A program made the position numbers and the translations under genes. The notes beneath the pieces were generated by a model. The model did no database searches. It was given only the letters and a program-made list of their open reading frames with translations, and was not told the DNA's origin. Positions 16,699 through 26,360 of a DNA stretch of 32,000 nt are shown piece by piece. The DNA is from Candidatus Thorarchaeota archaeon (GTDB lineage: Archaea > Asgardarchaeota > Heimdallarchaeia > Hodarchaeales > Hodarchaeaceae): positions 77,923 to 109,922 of the forward strand of contig JBHLRO010000012.1 of the NCBI GenBank assembly GCA_048882505.1. Reading direction: 5' to 3'. The number at the start of each line of letters is the position of its first letter. The first letter of the stretch is position 1.

Positions 16699-19600
16699 TT
16701 ATTCATCAAAAAACAGTTTCTGGCCACCACAAATCCTACAGCCCTCGTCAGAAAGTTCTTGGGGGCTCACAATAGATCCGCATTCGGAACAGAAAATGTT
16801 TTCATCATCGAAGGGTTCAGGTTCCGCTTGGATTGCCTTCTTACTTTCCAGATTACCATTGATGAAAACGTCCGTTCCAGTCACAATACCCTCCTCGTTG
16901 AGTTCAAATCTTGTGTTAGATGACCGCCCTTTGTCATCTACATTTGAAGATAAATTTGTGACGAGCACCTGCTCAGAAAATGAATCTGTCTCTCGAACAG
17001 AGGCTATATGATCTTTCTCTTCTAGATCAGGTTTAGGGTTTAAAGCAGAATCTACAGGTTCGCCTTCCATTTGGATTTCTTTCAGTTCAGCTTTAATCGG
17101 GCTCTTGGAAGGTATATCAAAGATTTCCTCTAAGCTTCTGACCTTTGGTTTCCTGAAAGAAGTCCGCCCCTTAGTTTTCTTTATGTTGGAATCCCCAAGA
17201 GACTTTTTCTTTCTTAATTTTTGATTTAACGTCGGTTTATTACCCAGAACAAATTCCTTTCTTTCAACGCCTTGATGAACAGTCTGTTTCAAAGATTTAA
17301 GCTTGTTTTCGTACTCTGCTTCAAGATCTGTCTTCTGTACTCTGGATATATTCTGGGTGATCATTGGGTACTTTACCATTCGATCGTGAATCCTCCCAGG
17401 TCCGAAAATATCGTCAATATATTGTTGTATATCAATGAGCTTTCTTAAATCCTCTTTAGATTTCAGTTCACCCAGCATGAAGCTTAAAGTTCCTATTCCG
17501 TGCCTAATTAAAACTGGCTTAACGACATTAAATTCCAAATCAAAAATCTGTTTCGGGAGGACGTGGTTACCTTTGCCCTTGATATTTAGCATCTCAACTC
17601 TGGTACCAGGGCCCACTCTGTAATTTAGATCTTCCAATATCCTTGCACAAGTCACTTGGGGTAATTCTGACTTATACGAGTCTAATTGTTTATTTATTGC
17701 CTTGGGTTTAACAAAATATGATATGTCCATGGATCCTGATGTTATTTCTTCCCTTATTGATTCCGAGGTTTGCATTGCATGTTTATACAGTTCTCTTAGG
17801 GTAATCGGGTTTTCTGAGTCATAATCGTCTAGATAAGCATCAATTATCCGTTCCTGATAATATTTTTGGAGTTTCGAGAAGTCAGCACGCTTTGATTCAA
17901 GGCCGGTCAGTTCCTCCTCAATCCATTTGGTGTTTGGGTTATTCTCCAAATAGTTGTATACGATATACTTTTTCTTCCCCATCACAAATTGAAAATCATA
18001 ACCTCCGTCCTGCTCAAACTTTATCAGACTCTTGGTCTTTCTCTGAATTGTGTTCCCATCATTAATCCAATAATTCTCATTAATAAATCCTGATTCTTCC
18101 ACCTGGGAATTCAAAATTTTATCGATAAGGGTAACCTGATGGGTCTCCATATCATTACTATTCTTAGAGCCAATGAAAACAGGAAAATCAATAGGAAACG
18201 CCTTAGGAAGCCATAACCAAATTCCATCCGTGTCAAGCTCCGTCACCCATCCTATCTGTTCCAATTGATCAGCTGCCCATTGAATTAAATCTGCGGATAG
18301 CTTGGTAGTAATTCCTGCGGAGGGTGTACTCGCGTTACGAACTCCGCCCTTCATGCCCAATAATCCGTATATCGAATTTAATGGAACTTTCATTCCCAAT
18401 TGAGTACTATCATGGAATTTCTGTTGTCTTAACAACTCTGCGGATACGTGTTCATTCCTTTTCGTTTTTTGTACTATTCTTTGTTCAAGCTGTTGAGCTT
18501 GCTTTTTGTGAGAGAGTCGCGTATTAAAGAAATCGTCCATTATTCGGGCTAGGAAATTATAAGCCTTTTGGCATACCCGAGAACGTACTGAGAGGAAAAC
18601 GACCAGGTTTTTGGTCCTAACATCTAAACTGAGATACGTTTCTTCGGGAAGCTTAAGATCTGAAGATTGATCCTCAAATAAATCAATCTGTGAAAAGCCT
18701 AAGGATCTTGTTAATTCAGTTGCCTCGACCGATTTTTCTAACCATTCTTGTATCGTACGGAACGGATCATCGTTCAAAACGGAGCCTAGGTAGCTCTTCC
18801 TTATAGGGATTGATTCAAGCTCCGATCTTTTCCGTAACCTGTATACACGAGTTTTTTCACCATCAAAAGCGTATACTTCCTGAAATCGTGATTGAGAGGT
18901 CTGTAAAGGTTCATAATTCTTACAATTTTCAGCTTTTGCATTTGTACAAACAGAAGGATCGCATTTATTAGTTTCTTGGATGAGATGACGACACGGTCGT
19001 CGCCCAGAGAGTTTTACTATCCAATCTCCCTCGAAATAACAACTTTGATCAGGCTCATAAAATTCACAGCTCGAACACTGTTTTTTAGACACAATTCCCG
19101 ATGGTTGCAGTTTGTATTGCCTTATCTGGGAGGGATACATCGAGGTTACATCGACATGAAGTCCGCGTAGCTGGATTCTACCCCGATTTTCAGCAATATA
19201 GTCTATATTCTCTAAAATCTCCATTTTTACTTTTTCGGAGTCAACAATGTGAAGTGATTTTATTTCATCTAAAATCTCTTCCGCTGCATCTATTTTTTCG
19301 GAAACTTCTTTTTCTCCGAGGCCATTCTTGGATAAAGCTCTTTTAATTTTCCGAATACAATCCTTATGATTATCAGAATATGGTATATTCAAATTATCTA
19401 GTTCTGAAGACACAAAAGCTTCAAATCTTTCTGTAGCGGTCTTTTGTAGAATCGATTCACTCTCATCCTCTATTATCTTCGCGATTACGGGCTTGAGGTT
19501 TTTCAGACTTGTTTTGTTTGGCGTAAAATCGTAGTATATATCAGATCGGAATATTCCAGGCCTTCTCGCCTCCACGAGGCCACCCGTGAATGCAAGAGAC

Positions 19601-21213
19601 TCAATCGTTATATTTGGTGAAAAGCTGCCTCTATTTTTCTGACTAAATCGTCTTTTACCAACGATATTATGTTTATAGTCCTCTGCATCAATGAGAAGGT
19701 CATCCAGAGATCCAGATCTTCTCGATAGAAGTTCCGCGGCTGAAACTGGGAACATCTGCCCTAGCGAAATAAAGAAACCTAAAACGATTTCTCGAGCATA
19801 TTTCCATGTTATATATCCGTCACTGGCGGCATAGGTTGCAGCTAGAACTGGATCATCCCCAAAAAGAGCTTCCCTCCCAATGGGAAGGATTTTTAGTTTT
19901 TTCTCTACGCTCTGTTTTAATCCGAGATCCTTTTTAGGAAGATAGGAATATTTCTCGTTGAAATCAAAACTATCCAAATGAATTATTCCAGCGCCCGTCA
20001 CATGATCAATTTGAGAAGCAGAATATCCCTGAATGATTTTACTTCGTTTTCCAGTTGCTCCCCTGTCTTCAAACTGACTTTTCAAAACAATCTTAAATCC
20101 TGTTTCCTTTTGTAGAGATAATCGATGTTTCTCAGCTCTAACGGTCAAAAATGGTATGTCAAAACGACCACCAAAAAAGTCAGCTAAGACATCAGGTTGA
20201 TAATCTCTTATAAACTGGAAAAATACACGAAGAAGTTCTGCTTCGCCGTTGATTGACAAAACTTGAACAGGAAATCGTTCTAAAATGTTGGCTGAGGATT
20301 CTATCGTGTCACCGGGGATCCAATCAACCCAAGGTTTAGAGTGTTTATCATCCTTTTGCCTTAGGACTATATCGAAATTTCTGATGTTGCTAGAGTCCAC
20401 TACCTGGGAATTAATCAACAAAAGATTTCCCGTTCGATCAGTATCTCCTGTAAAGAGGGAAATCATGGTTATAACATCGAGGTTCGGATTCGGTTCACGA
20501 TTCCGTTCAAAAGTCGTTTCAATATCAAAGGCAATGACTCGTAGCTCTGGTGGTGCTCGATTTGGTATGGAACTTAGTTTTACTATTTCTCCGCCATCGA
20601 TTTCTGCTTCATACCAACATCCCACGCGTATATCATGATCAATGGCTACTCGATGGTGGAACAGGACATCAGCTTCGCGCCATTCAATGATACCTTCAAT
20701 TCGTTCGAGTTGCTCTCTTAAAGAAGGAACTGACCCAGGATGATCTACGGTGACACGTATGAATGGTTTTTGTTTCAAAAAAGTAAGTTCTTCAGCGTCA
20801 TAAGATTCTGTCATTTCAACATTAACAATCTTATTTCCTCCCTGGTGCCAGATTTCATTTTGAATTCGTGACAAATTTAAGGATGAAATGCCAACATCCA
20901 CCAACAAATAAAAATATGGTGAATGTCGCAGGAACGCTTTCCTCTTCACATGGTCCTGATCCAAAAAATAGATTTGGATTCCGTTTATTCGATTCCCCCG
21001 TGCTCCAGTTTCTGGACTGTCCTGATCATAAAATCCCGTATTTTGACTTTCTTCCCACTTACTGTCTGGTTCGAAATCCAAAATAAAAATTGGTGTTCTG
21101 ACCCGCTGACGATACCTAAAAGGTTTAAACCAGGACCGATATCCTGGAAACGAACTTGAATCTCGACTTGCACTGGCCAATATGATCTTCTCGTTATTAA
21201 AGTTCAAATTCAC
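16699..21213 (-). CDS. polB: Family B DNA polymerase, DNA polymerase epsilon-like (single catalytic module) with C-terminal Zn-ribbon
   Basis: Exo I AFDIETT, Exo II FDIPFL, Exo III YAASDG. Pol motif A HVDVTSMYP, motif B KVPLNSIYG, motif C ELDTDGIW. Pol-epsilon-specific features: GIFRSD, the CysX motif CSSC-x8-C...VCQK, and FEQDGGY...KKKYIVYN. C-terminal CSEC-x13-CRIC. Confidence 0.92.
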   Translation of the reverse strand: MNLNFNNEKIILASASRDSSSFPGYRSWFKPFRYRQRVRTPIFILDFEPDSKWEESQNTGFYDQDSPETGARGNRINGIQIYFLDQDHVKRKAFLRHSPYFYLLVDVGISSLNLSRIQNEIWHQGGNKIVNVEMTESYDAEELTFLKQKPFIRVTVDHPGSVPSLREQLERIEGIIEWREADVLFHHRVAIDHDIRVGCWYEAEIDGGEIVKLSSIPNRAPPELRVIAFDIETTFERNREPNPNLDVITMISLFTGDTDRTGNLLLINSQVVDSSNIRNFDIVLRQKDDKHSKPWVDWIPGDTIESSANILERFPVQVLSINGEAELLRVFFQFIRDYQPDVLADFFGGRFDIPFLTVRAEKHRLSLQKETGFKIVLKSQFEDRGATGKRSKIIQGYSASQIDHVTGAGIIHLDSFDFNEKYSYLPKKDLGLKQSVEKKLKILPIGREALFGDDPVLAATYAASDGYITWKYAREIVLGFFISLGQMFPVSAAELLSRRSGSLDDLLIDAEDYKHNIVGKRRFSQKNRGSFSPNITIESLAFTGGLVEARRPGIFRSDIYYDFTPNKTSLKNLKPVIAKIIEDESESILQKTATERFEAFVSSELDNLNIPYSDNHKDCIRKIKRALSKNGLGEKEVSEKIDAAEEILDEIKSLHIVDSEKVKMEILENIDYIAENRGRIQLRGLHVDVTSMYPSQIRQYKLQPSGIVSKKQCSSCEFYEPDQSCYFEGDWIVKLSGRRPCRHLIQETNKCDPSVCTNAKAENCKNYEPLQTSQSRFQEVYAFDGEKTRVYRLRKRSELESIPIRKSYLGSVLNDDPFRTIQEWLEKSVEATELTRSLGFSQIDLFEDQSSDLKLPEETYLSLDVRTKNLVVFLSVRSRVCQKAYNFLARIMDDFFNTRLSHKKQAQQLEQRIVQKTKRNEHVSAELLRQQKFHDSTQLGMKVPLNSIYGLLGMKGGVRNASTPSAGITTKLSADLIQWAADQLEQIGWVTELDTDGIWLWLPKAFPIDFPVFIGSKNSNDMETHQVTLIDKILNSQVEESGFINENYWINDGNTIQRKTKSLIKFEQDGGYDFQFVMGKKKYIVYNYLENNPNTKWIEEELTGLESKRADFSKLQKYYQERIIDAYLDDYDSENPITLRELYKHAMQTSESIREEITSGSMDISYFVKPKAINKQLDSYKSELPQVTCARILEDLNYRVGPGTRVEMLNIKGKGNHVLPKQIFDLEFNVVKPVLIRHGIGTLSFMLGELKSKEDLRKLIDIQQYIDDIFGPGRIHDRMVKYPMITQNISRVQKTDLEAEYENKLKSLKQTVHQGVERKEFVLGNKPTLNQKLRKKKSLGDSNIKKTKGRTSFRKPKVRSLEEIFDIPSKSPIKAELKEIQMEGEPVDSALNPKPDLEEKDHIASVRETDSFSEQVLVTNLSSNVDDKGRSSNTRFELNEEGIVTGTDVFINGNLESKKAIQAEPEPFDDENIFCSECGSIVSPQELSDEGCRICGGQKLFFDE

Positions 21214-21728
21214 TGAAATTTAAATTACTTGAAAGATTCCTGTTTTTAACCTCTCTACTATTTTCTCCATTGGTGTTCCCGTTCGCTATAAAATCATCTG
21301 GAACATCGGAGGCGAGGAGAAAACTTTAATCAATTAGGCCCATTACGGGATAAGCAACGAAATATTCAAGCATTGAGCGATTTATAAACTTATGCTTGGA
21401 CTCCCGAACCCGCTTCGCTTTTAAAGGCAGGTATTCAGATATTTATAAAGATAGTTGGTTAAAATCCGATTTTATAAAGGCCATTCGGGTTGTTTATAAT
21501 AGCGATATCGTTCTCAAGAAAAACGATCATAATTTTCGCATAATTCCCGACAATAAAGGTTCAATTAATATTATTAGGATATAATCTTAACTAAGAGATT
21601 TTTGTTATCACTAAATACGAACAGAAGAAATAGGTGGACACAAACAAAAGAAGCTTACAATATGTGAGCATTATATCATTGTATAACTTCTTAATCTTCC
21701 GGCAATGGAATAACGAGGTAATCAATAT

Positions 21729-21989
21729 ATGTCCTTGAATCTATTGGAGAAATATAGAATTGAGATCCTTGCTACCTTAATAGCTCTCATCCTAATTTTG
21801 GCTGGTATCTTCCTTCCATTCTTCCTTCCCGATCAACTACCTATGGCGCCGGCTGGATTTGAAGATGCCACATGGTTTAAACAACTTATTCAAGTGCTAT
21901 TTATTGGAATGGGAGTCCTCTGTTTTATTTGGCTTATCGTGATTAACAGATTCATCAGGAAAAGCAAAAAGAGCGATCTCGTATACTAG
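21729..21989 (+). CDS. Small hypothetical membrane protein (2 TM)
   Basis: Two hydrophobic helices and a basic C-terminus. GAGGT ribosome-binding-like site about 9 nt upstream of the ATG. Confidence 0.65.
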   Translation: MSLNLLEKYRIEILATLIALILILAGIFLPFFLPDQLPMAPAGFEDATWFKQLIQVLFIGMGVLCFIWLIVINRFIRKSKKSDLVY

Positions 21990-21999
21990 GGGCTATGCG

Positions 22000-24549
22000 T
22001 TACCTAATTACAGATCGGGCCTTGAGAAGACGCATTTCCACAATCCTCTGAAGCTCCATATGAACCTTGGTGATAACTTCGACGTCTACCCCAAATAAAC
22101 TGGCCATAAAATCATTAATATCCTTTAACACTTGACTCTGCTTCCTGGAGCTCAGGATGAAAGGCGAAGAACCGTAAAAATTTCCTATCATTTCATATAG
22201 AGATGAATGCCCTTTCATTGTGCCATATGATTTGATTCTTTCAATTTTAGGTACTTTTAGAAGTGAATATTCATAAACTTTGATATCCAAACCTCCTTCT
22301 CCCAAATTGTTCCTTCCCAACAATTCTATCTGAAATGCAGAAAAGCTCGAATTCAGCACTAATAAATAGATCAATAGAATCCAAGATGGAAGATCGTTTC
22401 TAAATCGGATACCATAAAATCGAGCATCGAATCTAAAACCTCGTGGATTATCAAAGAAGGGAAACCTATCATTCATGGTCATTAAGCAGAGGAATCTGAA
22501 CTGCGATGGATCTATTAATGGAAGTTCAAACCATTTTCTTCGGGATCTGCACGTAGGGCGTAGAGGATATTTTTGTCCTATAACTGGTTCCCAATTCTCT
22601 CCCCAATTGATATATTCAGAAACTCCCGGCTTTAATTTCTCTCCCATCCTACTATTGATTACCAAAACAACATGGTTAACATCTTTTTCTTGGATTTCAT
22701 ATGATTTAATTTGACGGGGTGATTTAATAAGATAATTCGGGATCCATCTCTCTCCATTATTCGCTAAATGCTGATATTCATAAGAAAATTCTTCATCATC
22801 TTCTGTTACTATATTCATCCAGTATTCTCTCTCTATTACAAACATGGGGTCTTTAACCTGAAAACCTTGGTTGAGGAATTCATTTTTGATGGAATCATCT
22901 TTTAGATGCAGCATTAGATTTCCATTTGATGTATCCAGTGAAGCCCGAAATATACTATTCGCCTTTCCTGGTTTCGGGAGATAAAAAAATGCATTTGCGC
23001 CACTTGTAAACCCCCGCTTAATAGAAGTGATTTCCCCCAAAGATATTAGGGTGTCATTAACCTTCCTCAGTAGTCCCCTAAAAATGGGAATCTGACGAAA
23101 GAAAACGCTCCATTTTGGCGTGTTAGCGAGTTCCTGTCGATCAATTAAAGCGGAGGCAACCTGTTTACTTTTTACCTCTTGGCTGTTCCCTAGATCCTTC
23201 CTAGCACTAATCGATATAAATTTTACCGGTTTTAAATGCCATTCAAGGTCGGGATCTATTTTGGCAAGGTTTAGTATGATTGTGTTAACTTCAACTTCGG
23301 GGATCAACTTTTCCAAAGGGCAGTTCAGTAAGAAGCTGATGTGATAATGGGTTAAAAAACAGGTTTTTAGGATTTGGCCATACCTTACATCTAACCATGA
23401 ATTTGGAATAATCAATCCTAATCTATCCCCTGGTTTTAAAAAAGTAGTAAGGTGAATAATAAAATAAACATAGATGCTGGCACGGCCCAATAAATTCCGT
23501 CTTGTCAGGGGGAGATGTAGATATTCACAGTCTGCTTTCATTCTTTCATAAATGCGCTCTTTATAGTCATCTGCTAGCAGTTCTTGACGGGTGTACGGAG
23601 GATTCACTAAAAAAACCGTTTCATCGTTGGAACTTGTATTTAAACCAGGTGAATCTTGAGCAAAGTCAAAAAAATCTGCAATGATAATAGTAAAATTGAT
23701 TGAAAAAAAATTTACCGAAGTAAAATAACTCAAAGCACTTTTTGCAATCCCCCCGAGTATTGGATCTTTCTCTATTCCGATAAATGTTATTCCCGACGGA
23801 ATCAATTCTCTCTGAATCAGAAGGTTCAAGCTACGCAGCAACATGATCCCCGTTCCGCAGGCCGGATCCACTATTCGAGTTACTTTAGCTGGAATTAGTC
23901 TTCTACATAGAAAATCGGCAACCAAAACTGGTGTAAACACCTGACCCTTTGCTTGCTTGTCATTGTGAGCTATTGCCGATTCGAATACATAAGGTAGCAT
24001 CATGTGGTGACGTATGGATTCTGTGTTCCCAGATGAAAACTGCACTAGATTCTTTGAAAGTACCCATGATATTGATTTATTGTCAAGTAAAATGTCGTCT
24101 AGGGCATTGAGGGGAAATCCTTCTCTGTTCATTATTGGGAATCGGGAAGATACACGCCCAGCCTTTCTAAAAAAGGTTTTCAGAAGCCTATTGAAACTTT
24201 CAGACCCTGTTACCTTATCTCTTTTCTTGTTATAGACTGAATATTTCAGATTTTCTAAAGCTGAAGATAAATTCTTATCGCTCTGACTCAATAAGAGGCC
24301 AATCAGGATTTTATCATGGTATAAAGCACCAATAACGTTATTTAGCGATAGAATCCTTTTTTCCGAAAAACTTACTTCTTTCTCCCCGATTAAAACTTTT
24401 TTGAGTGATAAGGATAGTTTTTCGCCACAATAATCATGGCGAAGGATTTCTATGAGCAAATTTCGAACCAATGGATATAATTCCTCGGTCAAGCAAGTGT
24501 AAAGTGGAGAAAAGTTACTTAAATCCTTCCTTGCAGAGTGCGAAATCAA
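22000..24549 (-). CDS. N6-adenine DNA methyltransferase (gamma class, Eco57I/TaqI-like) with large C-terminal target-recognition region
   Basis: GQVFTP (motif X), VDPACGTG (motif I, SAM binding), LVNPPY (motif IV), LGLIIPNSWLDVRYG, IKRGFTSGANAFF. Confidence 0.88.
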   Translation of the reverse strand: MISHSARKDLSNFSPLYTCLTEELYPLVRNLLIEILRHDYCGEKLSLSLKKVLIGEKEVSFSEKRILSLNNVIGALYHDKILIGLLLSQSDKNLSSALENLKYSVYNKKRDKVTGSESFNRLLKTFFRKAGRVSSRFPIMNREGFPLNALDDILLDNKSISWVLSKNLVQFSSGNTESIRHHMMLPYVFESAIAHNDKQAKGQVFTPVLVADFLCRRLIPAKVTRIVDPACGTGIMLLRSLNLLIQRELIPSGITFIGIEKDPILGGIAKSALSYFTSVNFFSINFTIIIADFFDFAQDSPGLNTSSNDETVFLVNPPYTRQELLADDYKERIYERMKADCEYLHLPLTRRNLLGRASIYVYFIIHLTTFLKPGDRLGLIIPNSWLDVRYGQILKTCFLTHYHISFLLNCPLEKLIPEVEVNTIILNLAKIDPDLEWHLKPVKFISISARKDLGNSQEVKSKQVASALIDRQELANTPKWSVFFRQIPIFRGLLRKVNDTLISLGEITSIKRGFTSGANAFFYLPKPGKANSIFRASLDTSNGNLMLHLKDDSIKNEFLNQGFQVKDPMFVIEREYWMNIVTEDDEEFSYEYQHLANNGERWIPNYLIKSPRQIKSYEIQEKDVNHVVLVINSRMGEKLKPGVSEYINWGENWEPVIGQKYPLRPTCRSRRKWFELPLIDPSQFRFLCLMTMNDRFPFFDNPRGFRFDARFYGIRFRNDLPSWILLIYLLVLNSSFSAFQIELLGRNNLGEGGLDIKVYEYSLLKVPKIERIKSYGTMKGHSSLYEMIGNFYGSSPFILSSRKQSQVLKDINDFMASLFGVDVEVITKVHMELQRIVEMRLLKARSVIR

Positions 24550-24650
24550 AATTTTTCCTCAATCTACTTTTTTTTAGTTTGTTTAACCAGAATGATTCAA
24601 ACAATTTCTCATAGTTTTCCTCAATTTTATATGGATTAAACAGAGTTTGG

Positions 24651-25385
24651 TCAAGAGAAGAATGACTCGAGCGGAACTAATTTTGGAATTATCTGTATAT
24701 AATATTCACAAGATGCTTTTATAGGACATATATGACATTTTGGTTTCTGAGAAACGCATATCGTGGCTCCTAGATCCAATAATCCTTGATTTATGGTCCA
24801 CGAATCTTTCGAACTAACAGTAATGTTTTCGGCAACCATCCAAATCTCCTTTTCCAAGGCAGCATTTTTTTCCCTATCCCATAACGCGAAAGCCCTAATA
24901 ATAATCCGCTCGACGTTTACGTCCACAATTGCCGCATCCTTGTCTTGTAGTTCATAGGCAAAACTTAGAATTGCGCCTGCAGTATATCTCCCGATTCCCT
25001 TCAAACTAATCAGACCCTCCAACGTTGCAGGTATAATTCCTCCCTTTTCAGAGACAATCTGGCGTGCTATCTGTTGGAGATATAACCCACGACGTTTATA
25101 GCCAAGCTGATCAGTGATGGCACGAATGTCGCTGATTTTGCCCCTCGCCAGACTTTGGATCGTAGGAAATTTCTTTAGAAATCGCTTGAAAATCGGGATA
25201 ACTAAATCTACGTTAGTTTGTTGTAGCATAATTTCACTGATAAGAATTTGATATGGATCCCGAGTATGTCTCCATGGTAGATCTCGTCCATAGAGCCTGA
25301 ACCACTCGATAAGATCATTTACAATATCGGGAATACGTTTCTCGATGATCGAATGATTAGGAGCGGAAATCTTGTGATTATTCAT
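24651..25385 (-). CDS. mutY: HhH-GPD DNA glycosylase, short MutY/MIG-like, with [4Fe-4S] motif
   Basis: LPWRHTRDPYQILISEIMLQQT, HhH LKGIGRYTAGAI, catalytic VDVNVER, C-x6-C-x2-C-x5-C (CVSQKPKCHICPIKASC). No MutT-like C-terminal domain. Confidence 0.85.
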   Translation of the reverse strand: MNNHKISAPNHSIIEKRIPDIVNDLIEWFRLYGRDLPWRHTRDPYQILISEIMLQQTNVDLVIPIFKRFLKKFPTIQSLARGKISDIRAITDQLGYKRRGLYLQQIARQIVSEKGGIIPATLEGLISLKGIGRYTAGAILSFAYELQDKDAAIVDVNVERIIIRAFALWDREKNAALEKEIWMVAENITVSSKDSWTINQGLLDLGATICVSQKPKCHICPIKASCEYYIQIIPKLVPLESFFS

Positions 25386-25474
25386 CAGTCAATTCCTATC
25401 TAGGTGATGATACAAGAATTTAAAAAAAGACTCCTAGTTGAATGTCCCAATAGCCTTTGTGGAGGTTTCTGAGA

Positions 25475-26293
25475 ATGTCTGATAAGAAAGAAAGCAAATC
25501 CAAGAAATTCGGAAGAACCCTTGGAAAAAAAATTGTTGAAGCTGGAAATATTATAGACAGAGAAATCAGAAAAGCCGGAAAGATTGCTCGAGATGAGTTT
25601 AAGGAATTCGATATTGGAAATGTCGTAGTAGAACCTCTTAAGAGACCAAAAAATGAGAAATACGTCGAATTCACGACCCGAGCTAGGCCTACCAAGACTT
25701 TTACTCAAGCGAATCGTACTGTCCAATTTTTTGCACGAAATCCGGATAGAAATGAAATAAATCCAGGGATTGATGGATTGGTTAGTTTTTCTATTCTTAT
25801 TGCGCCTGCGGCTGCACTACTAGGCCTTTTAATCATTACAACGAGCTTCGATGAATTTCTTGCTCTCATACTCTTCCTCCTGTATGCTATCCTAATCGCT
25901 ATTCCTGGTGCCTATTTGGGTCTGGATTCCTTGGTTGCAGGAGCTAGATTAGTAATCAAGGGAGGAACCGCGACCGCAATAGCTGTTGGCAGAGGTTTTG
26001 CAGAGTTTATTTACCTGATTCTCTTGGGATTCTGGGAAATTCTTGTCCTCGTGGCTGATGGGCTTTTCGGATTCGCAAAGGGGGCATTTGAGACTATCTC
26101 AGATTATATTGCATTTATCGTTGTATATCTGGCATTCGCACTAGGGATTTGGGTTGTGATCCAAGGTTTTTCAATCCAAATTAATTCCTTAGTAGTCCTT
26201 TCGTTTATTGTATTCTTGCCCGCCCTTCTTCCAGCAAGTATTGCCCATAGATACTGGCTTTTGTGGAGAATCAGTCGTCAAGAAACCACCTAA
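25475..26293 (+). CDS. Hypothetical polytopic membrane protein with basic, charged N-terminus
   Basis: ATG 25475 is preceded by GGAGG at 25461-25465 (preferred over GTG 25457). Several Gly/Ala-rich hydrophobic segments. Confidence 0.7.
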   Translation: MSDKKESKSKKFGRTLGKKIVEAGNIIDREIRKAGKIARDEFKEFDIGNVVVEPLKRPKNEKYVEFTTRARPTKTFTQANRTVQFFARNPDRNEINPGIDGLVSFSILIAPAAALLGLLIITTSFDEFLALILFLLYAILIAIPGAYLGLDSLVAGARLVIKGGTATAIAVGRGFAEFIYLILLGFWEILVLVADGLFGFAKGAFETISDYIAFIVVYLAFALGIWVVIQGFSIQINSLVVLSFIVFLPALLPASIAHRYWLLWRISRQETT

Positions 26294-26360
26294 GGTTCAT
26301 CTTGAGGAAACGGATTGGCGAATTTTTGTTTATGCGAATAGACACGGGAGAATGTAATAA

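Noticed and set aside
21396-21584. 62-aa ORF upstream of Pol epsilon
   Set aside because: Short, TTG start, AT-rich, overlaps the TATA-like repeats, no motif.
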